NCBI GenBank assembly: GCA_036478295.1
Contig: JAZGDW010000126.1
Location: 1 to 14,223, forward strand
Reading direction: 5' to 3'
DNA length: 14,223 nucleotides
Origin: Candidatus Krumholzibacteriia bacterium
Lineage (GTDB): Bacteria > Krumholzibacteriota > Krumholzibacteriia > WVZY01
Below are positions 6,731 through 14,223 of the stretch, piece after piece (position 1 is the stretch's first letter; every line of letters begins with the position of its first letter). The position numbers and the translations under genes are program-made. The notes under the pieces were generated by a model. It saw only the letters and a list, made by a program, of their open reading frames with translations. It did no database searches and was not told the DNA's origin.

Positions 6731-7285
6731 ATGAGTACTATAAACAAATCGTTCGAGCCCGGTGAGGTCATCCTGTCGGCGGACGCGATTGCCGATCTCG
6801 TCGCCGGCCTGGGCAGGCAGATTTCAGCCGACTACAGCGGGCGCGACCCGGTCCTCATCAACCTGCTCAAGGGCGGGGTGGTGTTCCTCGCGGACCTGAT
6901 CCGGCAACTCGAAATACCGCACCAGATTGATTTTCTGAGTGTTTCGAGCTATGACGAGGGCACTCGATCGAGTGGGGCCGTCCGCATCGTCGAGGACCTC
7001 CGGACCAACATCGCCGGGCGACACGTCCTCATCGTCGAGGATGTATTAGACAGTGGTCGGACGCTCACCTATATTTTGAATATGTTGAAAATCCGCGCTC
7101 CGAAGACCATTGAGGTATGTTCCCTGCTACGCAAGGAGTCTGCACGGACAAGCGCGGGGGTACAGGTCAAATACGTGGGCAAGGATATCCCCAACGTCTT
7201 CGTCGTGGGGTATGGCCTGGATTATGAGGAGCGTTTCCGCAACCTGCCGTACATCGCGAAGCTTGTGGGCCCGGGCCAATTGTAG
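6731..7285 (+). CDS. hpt: Hypoxanthine phosphoribosyltransferase
   Basis: LKGGVVFLADL, VSSY, PRPP motif VLIVEDVLDSGRTL, FVVGYGLDY..RNLPYI; tilS-hpt-ftsH synteny. Confidence 0.96.
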   Translation: MSTINKSFEPGEVILSADAIADLVAGLGRQISADYSGRDPVLINLLKGGVVFLADLIRQLEIPHQIDFLSVSSYDEGTRSSGAVRIVEDLRTNIAGRHVLIVEDVLDSGRTLTYILNMLKIRAPKTIEVCSLLRKESARTSAGVQVKYVGKDIPNVFVVGYGLDYEERFRNLPYIAKLVGPGQL

Positions 7286-7299
7286 TATCCTTATATAGT
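7263..7299 (+). promoter_or_regulatory. Possible internal promoter for ftsH
   Basis: TTGTGG (7263-7268), 17-nt spacer, TATCCT (7286-7291); a second -10-like TATAGT at 7294-7299 in an AT-rich gap. Confidence 0.4.
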
Positions 7300-7330
7300 G
7301 AGAACGGATTCAACGAGGTAACGTAACCCC

Positions 7331-9385
7331 ATGCCAGATAACAACGAAAGTCCCCGCAAGAAACCCGGAATGCCTTCGAAATCCGGTCTCGGCAAGCCGG
7401 GCAGGCCCATCCGCGCCATGGTGTTTTGGGTCATCCTGGTGCTGGTCCTGCTCATCGCGTTTCAGATGTTCGAGATGGGCAAAACGCCGCAATACCGTAT
7501 CTCGTATTCCGAATTCGTCAAACAGATCGATGACGGCAACATCAGAAAAGTCGTGGTGAAGGGCCTCGAGGTCCGTGGCACGTTCCTTTCGCCAACCCTG
7601 ATCCCCACCCCGCCCGGAGATGACAATCAAGCGAAGCAGCGCGAGATCCGGGTCGAGAAGTTTACGCTGGTTCTACCGGTCGTGAACGAAAACCTTCCCG
7701 AGATGATCCTGGCCGAGAGCCCCAACGCGATCGTCGAGGGAGAAATGCCCGGCGGAAGCCTCTGGGTCAAGCTCCTCACCTCGGGGCTGCCCCTGCTTCT
7801 CATCGTCGGTCTGTGGTTTCTCATCATGCGCCAGATGCAAGCTGGTGGAAACAAGGCCTTTAGCTTTGGCAAGAGCCGTGCGCGCATGTTTGGCGGAGAC
7901 CGGCCCAGGGTGACCTTCGATGACGTCGCTGGAGCGGATGAGGCGAAGGAGGAGCTGCAGGAGATCATCGAGTTTCTGCGTGACCCAAAGAGGTTTCAAA
8001 AGCTCGGGGGCCGTATTCCCAAGGGTGCGATCCTCATGGGCGCGCCGGGGACCGGCAAGACCCTGCTGGCCAAGGCGGTCGCCGGCGAGGCCAGCGTACC
8101 GTTCTTCTCGATGAGCGGGTCGGACTTTGTGGAGATGTTCGTGGGTGTGGGCGCTTCCCGCGTGCGTGATCTTTTCGAGCAGGGCAAGAAGCACGCTCCT
8201 TGTATTCTCTTTATCGACGAAATCGACGCCGTCGGCCGTCATCGCGGTGCCGGCCTCGGAGGCGGCCACGATGAACGTGAGCAAACGCTGAACCAGCTGC
8301 TGGTAGAGATGGATGGATTCGAGAGTAACGAGGGCGTGATTCTTCTCGCCGCCACCAACCGGCCGGACGTGCTCGATCCAGCACTCCTGCGGCCCGGTCG
8401 TTTCGACCGCCGAATCGTGGTCGACATGCCCGACGTCCGTGGTCGGGAGGGCATCCTCAAGGTGCACGCGCGCAATATTCCCCTCGATGACGGGGTAGAC
8501 CTCTCCGTGATCGCGCGAGGCACACCCGGAATGAGCGGCGCCGACCTGTCCAATATGATAAATGAAGCAGCCCTTCTCGCCGCGCGCTACGACAAGGACA
8601 GGGTGGGCATGGATGAAATCGAGGAGTCCAAGGACAAGCTCCTTCTCGGACCCGAAAAGAAAAGCAAGCTGGTCAAGGAAGAGGCGCGGCACCTCACCGC
8701 GTATCATGAGGCGGGACATGCGGTGGTCGGCTCGACCCTCAAGTACTCCGACCCTGTTTACAAGGTGACCATCATTCCGCGCGGCCGTGCCGGCGGTGTT
8801 ACCTATTTTCTGCCGGAAGACGACCGTACGGAAGTATCGAAAGACTGGTGCCTCGACACGGTCACTCAGGCGTTGGGCGGACGTGTCGCCGAACAACTGG
8901 TCCTCGATCGTATGGGGAGCGGCGCCCAGTCCGATATCGAAACAGTCTCCAAGCTGGTACGCAAGATGGTCACGCAGTGGGGAATGAGCGAGAAGCTCGG
9001 CCCCATCTCGTTCGGAGAGCGCGAGGAGCAGATCTTTCTGGGACGCGAGATACAGCAGCACCATGACTATAGTGAGGAGACCGCGCGGACGATCGATGAA
9101 GAGGTGCAAGCCATTGTCACGGGCGCTTATCAAAGGGCTCGGAAGATCCTTGAGGAGAAGATCGACATCTTGCATGTGATGGCGAAAGCTCTCCTCGAGA
9201 GAGAGATACTCGATCGCGAGGAGATCGAGCTGATTCTGAAGGGCGAAGCGCTTCCGCCAGTGCGGCGACGGCAACCCGTCACTAAGAAAAAAGAGAAAGA
9301 AGTGCCCGTCGAAAGGCCCGACGAATCCAAGGGCCGGGCCGAGTTCCCCGACAAGCAGCCGCTTCCTGGACCCGATACCCCATAA
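7331..9385 (+). CDS. ftsH: ATP-dependent zinc metalloprotease FtsH
   Basis: Two TM segments, Walker [18 protein letters not shown] pore loop, Walker [34 protein letters not shown] zinc site. Confidence 0.98.
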   Translation: MPDNNESPRKKPGMPSKSGLGKPGRPIRAMVFWVILVLVLLIAFQMFEMGKTPQYRISYSEFVKQIDDGNIRKVVVKGLEVRGTFLSPTLIPTPPGDDNQAKQREIRVEKFTLVLPVVNENLPEMILAESPNAIVEGEMPGGSLWVKLLTSGLPLLLIVGLWFLIMRQMQAGGNKAFSFGKSRARMFGGDRPRVTFDDVAGADEAKEELQEIIEFLRDPKRFQKLGGRIPKGAILMGAPGTGKTLLAKAVAGEASVPFFSMSGSDFVEMFVGVGASRVRDLFEQGKKHAPCILFIDEIDAVGRHRGAGLGGGHDEREQTLNQLLVEMDGFESNEGVILLAATNRPDVLDPALLRPGRFDRRIVVDMPDVRGREGILKVHARNIPLDDGVDLSVIARGTPGMSGADLSNMINEAALLAARYDKDRVGMDEIEESKDKLLLGPEKKSKLVKEEARHLTAYHEAGHAVVGSTLKYSDPVYKVTIIPRGRAGGVTYFLPEDDRTEVSKDWCLDTVTQALGGRVAEQLVLDRMGSGAQSDIETVSKLVRKMVTQWGMSEKLGPISFGEREEQIFLGREIQQHHDYSEETARTIDEEVQAIVTGAYQRARKILEEKIDILHVMAKALLEREILDREEIELILKGEALPPVRRRQPVTKKKEKEVPVERPDESKGRAEFPDKQPLPGPDTP

Positions 9386-9403
9386 GGCAATCCCATCACG
9401 ACA

Positions 9404-10285
9404 ATGCCGGACACGGTTGGATTTCGAGAAAAAAGGGCTATCCAATGCGGTGATATTACGCTTGCTCCCAGGCGTACGCCGCTGGTGATGGGGATTCTCA
9501 ACGTCACGCCAGACTCGTTCTCGGACGGCGGCTCGTTTTTCGATCCGGAAGAGGCCGGCCGGCGAGCGATGGAGATGCAGCGGCAAGGCGCCGATATCAT
9601 CGATATCGGTGGAGAGTCGTCACGCCCCGGGGCCGAGCGCATCCCGGTGCGCGTGGAGTTGGACCGTGTGCTGCCGGTGATCGAAGAGCTTGCCGGCAGG
9701 CTCTCGGTACCGCTGTCGATCGATACGCACCGCCCGGCGGTAGCCAGCGCGGCGCTGGACGCCGGATGCCGTATGGTCAACGACGTCACCGCCTGCGGCC
9801 ATCCCGAGATGCCGGACCTCATCCGGGAGTATGACGTTCCCGTGGTTATCATGCACATGAAGGGTGAGCCCGGATCGATGCAGAGCGCACCGTCCTACGA
9901 CGACGTTGTTGGAGAAGTCAGCGCGTATCTTGCCGAGAAAATCATGTTTCTAAACGACCGCGGCATCGCGCGCGAGCGTATCATTGTTGACCCCGGGATT
10001 GGATTCGGAAAGCGCTTCCGGGACAACCTGGTTTTGCTGGGCGCGGCGGCGAGGGCGTATGACCTGGGTTGTCCGATTCTTATCGGGGCGTCGCGCAAGA
10101 GATTTCTCGGTGAGCTGCTCGACGCACCGGCGAAGGATCGGCTTGGCGGCAGCCTCGCCGTAGCGGCGCGGTGCTACCAGATGGGTGTTGACATGGTTCG
10201 CGTCCACGACGTAAAAGAGACTGTGGGGCTGTTCCGGGTCCTTGATGCAATGGACTGTCCCGACGAGTACCAGGCCGATTGGTAA
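9404..10285 (+). CDS. folP: Dihydropteroate synthase
   Basis: MGILNVTPDSFSDGG, DIGGESSRPG, SIDT, NDV, DPGIGFGK, GASRK, RVHDV. Confidence 0.97.
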   Translation: MPDTVGFREKRAIQCGDITLAPRRTPLVMGILNVTPDSFSDGGSFFDPEEAGRRAMEMQRQGADIIDIGGESSRPGAERIPVRVELDRVLPVIEELAGRLSVPLSIDTHRPAVASAALDAGCRMVNDVTACGHPEMPDLIREYDVPVVIMHMKGEPGSMQSAPSYDDVVGEVSAYLAEKIMFLNDRGIARERIIVDPGIGFGKRFRDNLVLLGAAARAYDLGCPILIGASRKRFLGELLDAPAKDRLGGSLAVAARCYQMGVDMVRVHDVKETVGLFRVLDAMDCPDEYQADW

Positions 10286-10309
10286 TTCCGACTCTATCCG
10301 GCTGAATCT

Positions 10310-11098
10310 ATGGGTTCTATATCCTCCGATCTTATCCTCGACGTTCTCGACGTCCTTATCGTCACTTTCCTGCTTTACAAACTCTTCACTCTGATGAGAG
10401 GCACCCGCGCCGTTCACATGTTCTTCGGATTGATCGTGCTCTTCGTATTGTCGGTTGTGGCACAATGGATGAACCTGATGGCCCTGAACTGGATCATCTC
10501 GAGTTTGAAGACCGTCTGGGTTATCGCCTTCGTCATTATTTTTCAACCGGAACTTCGCCGCGCGCTGGCGTCGTTGGGGCAAAACCGCTTCTTGAGCCGG
10601 TTCTTCACGGTCGAGGAAACAGGGGTCATTCCAGAGATCATAAAGAGCACCGCCCGGTTGTCCGAGAAGGGCATTGGCGCCATCATCGTGCTCGAAAAAG
10701 ATATGGGGCTGAAGAACTATATCGAGACCGGGACCAAGGTCGACGCGAAAGTCACTGCCGAACTTCTTGAGACCATTTTTACGCCGACCAGCCCGCTGCA
10801 CGACGGTGCGGTCATCATCCAGTCCGACCGCGTGACCGCCGCGGGGTGTATTCTCCCGCTCACCCAGGACCAGCGCCTGTCCGCGGCACTGGGCACACGC
10901 CACCGGGCCGCCATCGGTTTGACCGAAGAAACGGACGCCATCGTCATTGTCGTATCCGAGGAGACCCACGCGATATCCTACGCGGCGGCCGGCAAGTTGA
11001 AACGCAAGATCGACACGAACACCCTCCGCAGCGATCTGCTGAAGGACTTTGGAATTGGTGGCGAGGAAAGAACGTCCACGGCTGCCAGCACGGCTTGA
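10310..11098 (+). CDS. cdaA: Membrane-bound diadenylate cyclase CdaA/DacA (c-di-AMP synthesis)
   Basis: Three N-terminal hydrophobic helices, IIFQPELRRAL, catalytic PLHDGA and GTRHRAA motifs, VVSEET. Confidence 0.95.
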   Translation: MGSISSDLILDVLDVLIVTFLLYKLFTLMRGTRAVHMFFGLIVLFVLSVVAQWMNLMALNWIISSLKTVWVIAFVIIFQPELRRALASLGQNRFLSRFFTVEETGVIPEIIKSTARLSEKGIGAIIVLEKDMGLKNYIETGTKVDAKVTAELLETIFTPTSPLHDGAVIIQSDRVTAAGCILPLTQDQRLSAALGTRHRAAIGLTEETDAIVIVVSEETHAISYAAAGKLKRKIDTNTLRSDLLKDFGIGGEERTSTAASTA

Positions 11099-11126
11099 CC
11101 CACGCCCGTGAATTTCTGGAACATCC

Positions 11127-11336
11127 TGGGCGGCGCGCTGTGGGTTGTTGACGGACCCGTTGTGGGAACGAGCGAGGATCACGCCGCGGCCCGATGCGGG
11201 TCCTGTCAGCGAACAGCCCGTCCGTGCTCGCAGGCTGCGCGCGGCCGGGCGCCCTCGCTGCCACCCGCGTCGGGCCCGTGGGGTAGCCGAGCGAAGTGGA
11301 GCACGGGGACGGAATCAGTCCACAGCGCGCCGCCCA
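11127..11336 (+). other. 210-nt structured intergenic element (candidate ncRNA or MITE/REP-like repeat)
   Basis: Perfect 17-bp terminal inverted repeat (11127-11143/11320-11336) enclosing nested stems. Strand chosen because several G-U pairs form only on the + strand. Confidence 0.65.
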
Positions 11337-11344
11337 ACGCTCCG

Positions 11345-13987
11345 TCAGGAAGCGGGGACAAGCCTGACCAACACGGCCTTGTCCCGGTCAAACACGGCCG
11401 CTGCGGCGCTCTGGATGCGTTCCTTCGTTACCGCCTGGATGAGGTCCGCTGCCTTGTCCACCACGCCGTATCCGAAACCCATTGCCTCGTACATCCCATA
11501 CTCGGTGGCCTGCGATAAATTCCGCTGCAGTTTCATCGATTGTGATCCAACAAGCCACGCTTTCGAGCGCTGGAACTCTTCGTCGGTCACCGGCTTTTTC
11601 GTTACCCGGGTCAATTCTGTCAGGATGACCTCGAGGGCCTCGTCGACGCCTTCTGCCCCTGGGTTCGAGTAACCGTAAAAGATGGACCGTTCCTTGAAGG
11701 GCGCGAATGCCGATCCTGCCATGTACCCGAGTGACCTCTTGTCGCGCAATTCCACGAACAACCGCCCACCGAGCCCGGTCATGATGCCATTGAGCACACC
11801 GAGCGCGATCGCCTCTTCCGTCAACATGGGGGGAGCCATGAAGCCGGCGAGCCCCACCGCCTGCTTGAGACCAGGCCTTGAGAGCTTGTGCAGCCCCGGC
11901 CCCACCACGGTTTGCGGAACTGCGGACGGGGGCTCCGGTGCCGATCCGGTCTCAAGGTCACCGTAGATGCTATTGGCCGCCTTCATGGCCTTGTCCATCG
12001 TGATATCTCCGACGAAAACCATGGTCATATTGCCGGGGACGAGAATGCTGCGATGCCACTCGGCGCAGTCGTTTTCCGTCAAAGCGACAAGCTGCGATTC
12101 ATCGTTCACGTAAGGTCGTGCATAGGGGTGGTCGCCGAAAACGTTGGTGAAAAGGCAATCGATACTGAAGGAGACGGGATGGTCACGACGCTTGGCGAGT
12201 TCTTCCCTGAGCTTGATTTTTTCCTTCTCTATGGTATCGCTTGCGAACTTCGGCGAGCGGACGATGTCCTTGTACACGGGAAGCGCATCGTCGAGATGCT
12301 CCGCCAGGATATTAATGTACGTCCCGGTCACATCGAAGCTCGCGAAGCTCTCGATGCTCCCGCCGAGACCTTCGATGGTGTTGGCGATTTGTTCCGCGTC
12401 GAAGGAATCCGTTCCCTTCAGGAGCGTGCGGGCCCCCAGCGTGGAGAGTCCCGATTTGCCTCGTGGCTCCAGGCGGTTGCCGCCTTGAATAACGGTCAAC
12501 ATCGCAACCATGGGCACCGTGGTCCGGCGTTTGACCAGGACTTTGAGACCGTTTGCGAGCTCGGAGACTTCCACCTTCGGAACCACCGCGGTCGCGGGTG
12601 GCGCGGCCTTACGGGTGCCGGTCGGTTGCGGGGCGTCCGGACCCAAGCGTTTGGGCGAGGGGCTATCGTTGGGAAAAGATTTAACCCATTCGGAGATCGC
12701 TGCCGCCACGTCGTCAGGTTTTGGCTGTTCGATAGCAGCCGCTTCGGGCAGATACGATACCATCGAGCAATTGTCGATCCTGAAATACTTGCGCGCCACG
12801 TATAGCACTTCCTCCGGCGTCACCCTTCGGATCGCGTCGCGGTGCCTCTCGGCCAATCGGTAGTCTCCCAGAACCTCGTAGTACCCGAAATTGGACGCCT
12901 GCCCTTCCACCGTTTCCAGCTCGCTGTACATCCCCTTCTCGATCTGGCGTCTCGCCTTGACCAGTTCCTCCTCGAGCACCGACTCGTTCTGGAACCTCGC
13001 CAGCTCCTCGCATATCGCGTCGCGGGCGGCGGCCCATTTCTCGGGTGGCGTCGATGCAAAGAGCATGAAATACCCGGGCCACTTCTCCGCCAGCAGCTCA
13101 GCGCTCACCGTGGTCGCGAGGTGCTTCTTCTCTATCACGTTGCGGTAGAGCCGTGAGCTCCTGCCCGACCCAATCAACGTGGCCATCATCTCGAGCGCCG
13201 GGTAGTCCGCATCGAGAATGCTGGGCACGTGAAACCCCAGCGAGAAGTACGCGTGGTCGATCGACCCTCGCAGTGCGTTCAAGCGAAAATCCGTTTGCGG
13301 CGGCTCTACGGGAGAATCGTTCACGGCCACGCTGCCGTTCGCCCATGACCCGTACGTCTTCTCGATCTCCGCCATGGTGACTTTCGGATCGACATCGCCC
13401 ACGATGGCAAGGACGGCGTTGCCCGGCCTGTAGTAGCGTTTGTAGAACTCGACCAACTGCTCACGCGTGAATTCTCGTACAACCTTCTCATAACCCGCGA
13501 TGGGGCGCCGGTAATTGTGCACCTTGTACCCAAGCTCCATGGTGCGATAGAACGTGTAGGCGTCAGGAGTGTCATCGTACATACGGGCTTCATCAATGAC
13601 CACCAGGCGCTCTTTTTGGAATTCTTCCGGCTCGAAGGTCGAATTCATCATGGCGTCCCCCTGCACGTCCAGCCCCAGTGAAAACGCGCGGGACGGCATG
13701 ACAACGTAGTACATCGTGTAGGAATAACTGGTCGCCGCGTTGAGGTTGCCACCCGCCGATTTGATCAAATTGGCGATGTCGCCGACGCCGTGTTTCTCCG
13801 TCCCCTTGAAAACCATGTGTTCCTGAAAATGCGCGAGCCCGTTTTCTTCTTCGGTTTCGTTCACCGATCCGACCCTGAACCATATGTTGATGGCAACGAC
13901 CGGATTGGAGCTGTCTTCTTTGAAGAGAACCGTCAGGCCGTTGGGCAGCACCTTTTTGATTACGCCAGTCTGCGGGCTTCGTGCCAT
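11345..13987 (-). CDS. M16 (pitrilysin/inverzincin) family zinc peptidase, two fused M16B-like halves
   Basis: GLAHFQEHMVFKGT (HxxEH), NAATS, ERLVVIDE in the N-half; Pro/Ala linker; the C-half lacks the Zn ligands but keeps ELRDKRSLGY. No signal peptide evident. Confidence 0.93.
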   Translation of the reverse strand: MARSPQTGVIKKVLPNGLTVLFKEDSSNPVVAINIWFRVGSVNETEEENGLAHFQEHMVFKGTEKHGVGDIANLIKSAGGNLNAATSYSYTMYYVVMPSRAFSLGLDVQGDAMMNSTFEPEEFQKERLVVIDEARMYDDTPDAYTFYRTMELGYKVHNYRRPIAGYEKVVREFTREQLVEFYKRYYRPGNAVLAIVGDVDPKVTMAEIEKTYGSWANGSVAVNDSPVEPPQTDFRLNALRGSIDHAYFSLGFHVPSILDADYPALEMMATLIGSGRSSRLYRNVIEKKHLATTVSAELLAEKWPGYFMLFASTPPEKWAAARDAICEELARFQNESVLEEELVKARRQIEKGMYSELETVEGQASNFGYYEVLGDYRLAERHRDAIRRVTPEEVLYVARKYFRIDNCSMVSYLPEAAAIEQPKPDDVAAAISEWVKSFPNDSPSPKRLGPDAPQPTGTRKAAPPATAVVPKVEVSELANGLKVLVKRRTTVPMVAMLTVIQGGNRLEPRGKSGLSTLGARTLLKGTDSFDAEQIANTIEGLGGSIESFASFDVTGTYINILAEHLDDALPVYKDIVRSPKFASDTIEKEKIKLREELAKRRDHPVSFSIDCLFTNVFGDHPYARPYVNDESQLVALTENDCAEWHRSILVPGNMTMVFVGDITMDKAMKAANSIYGDLETGSAPEPPSAVPQTVVGPGLHKLSRPGLKQAVGLAGFMAPPMLTEEAIALGVLNGIMTGLGGRLFVELRDKRSLGYMAGSAFAPFKERSIFYGYSNPGAEGVDEALEVILTELTRVTKKPVTDEEFQRSKAWLVGSQSMKLQRNLSQATEYGMYEAMGFGYGVVDKAADLIQAVTKERIQSAAAAVFDRDKAVLVRLVPAS

Positions 13988-14161
13988 AAATGAACCACCC
14001 TTTTTCCAGGTTAAGAAATTCTATGCGACAAGGATCGCCGCGCCGATTACGGGAGTCGGCGTCGCGGCGGGCGGACGCGGCCGACGACGAAGGGGCAGTT
14101 CGCCAAATTGGCGGGCATGCTCACGCCATCCGCCCGCAAATACTATGACCTTTGCCCGCAG

Positions 14162-14223
14162 GTGCACAACATCTTTTGGGGGCGGCTTGCTGCGGGTGGC
14201 GTTGCATCGCTGACGGTTGCGGA
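14162..14223 (+). CDS. Possible N-terminus of the next gene, truncated by the right edge
   Basis: GTG at 14162 (in frame with ATG at 14117) opens (M)HNIFWGRLAAGGVASLTVA..., which looks like a signal peptide and is open to the edge. No clear RBS. Confidence 0.25.
   Translation, partial: MHNIFWGRLAAGGVASLTVA

Noticed and set aside
7673..9586. 637-aa antisense ORF (likewise 3933..5090, 5303..6187, 9950..11182, 11888..12805)
   Set aside because: These lie mostly antisense to conserved genes and have no recognisable motifs; long stop-free antisense frames are expected with GC-rich codon bias.
9404..10285. sul-type sulfonamide-resistant DHPS
   Set aside because: The motif is canonical DPGIGFGK without the Sul-type insertion, in housekeeping ftsH-folP context.
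11100..11225. Canonical ydaO/c-di-AMP riboswitch (GTCAGCGAAC resembles GUCAGCUAAC)
   Set aside because: The other conserved blocks are not recognisable in order, the word is paired within the rod, and there is no downstream same-strand gene.
11108..11672. ORFs 11108..11518, 11145..11672 and 11206..11391
   Set aside because: No RBS or domain; all overlap the peptidase 3' end, and the structured element explains the gap.

Overview
GC-rich bacterial chromosomal window, mostly housekeeping. On the minus strand there is a translationally coupled ilvC - lipoprotein with a degenerate gluzincin motif - gltX unit, then tRNA-Gln(CTG) and tRNA-Glu(CTC). Beyond them lies a secreted Asp-box/YCF48-like beta-propeller gene that the ORF track missed; it is built from near-identical 123-bp repeats and runs off the left edge. 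On the plus strand lie tRNA-Met(CAT), tilS, hpt, ftsH, folP and cdaA, converging on a minus-strand fused M16 peptidase. The main unexplained structures are: (i) a 210-nt rod-like element with a 17-bp closing stem and pseudo-symmetric purine-rich internal loops just after cdaA; (ii) the recently amplified propeller with clustered variable residues; (iii) an att-like repeat/hairpin arrangement downstream of tRNA-Glu; (iv) a stand-alone, divergent IlvC coupled to a probable pseudo-peptidase and GluRS. The sequence alone does not establish a new system. All calls come from reading the sequence by eye; no searches were run.
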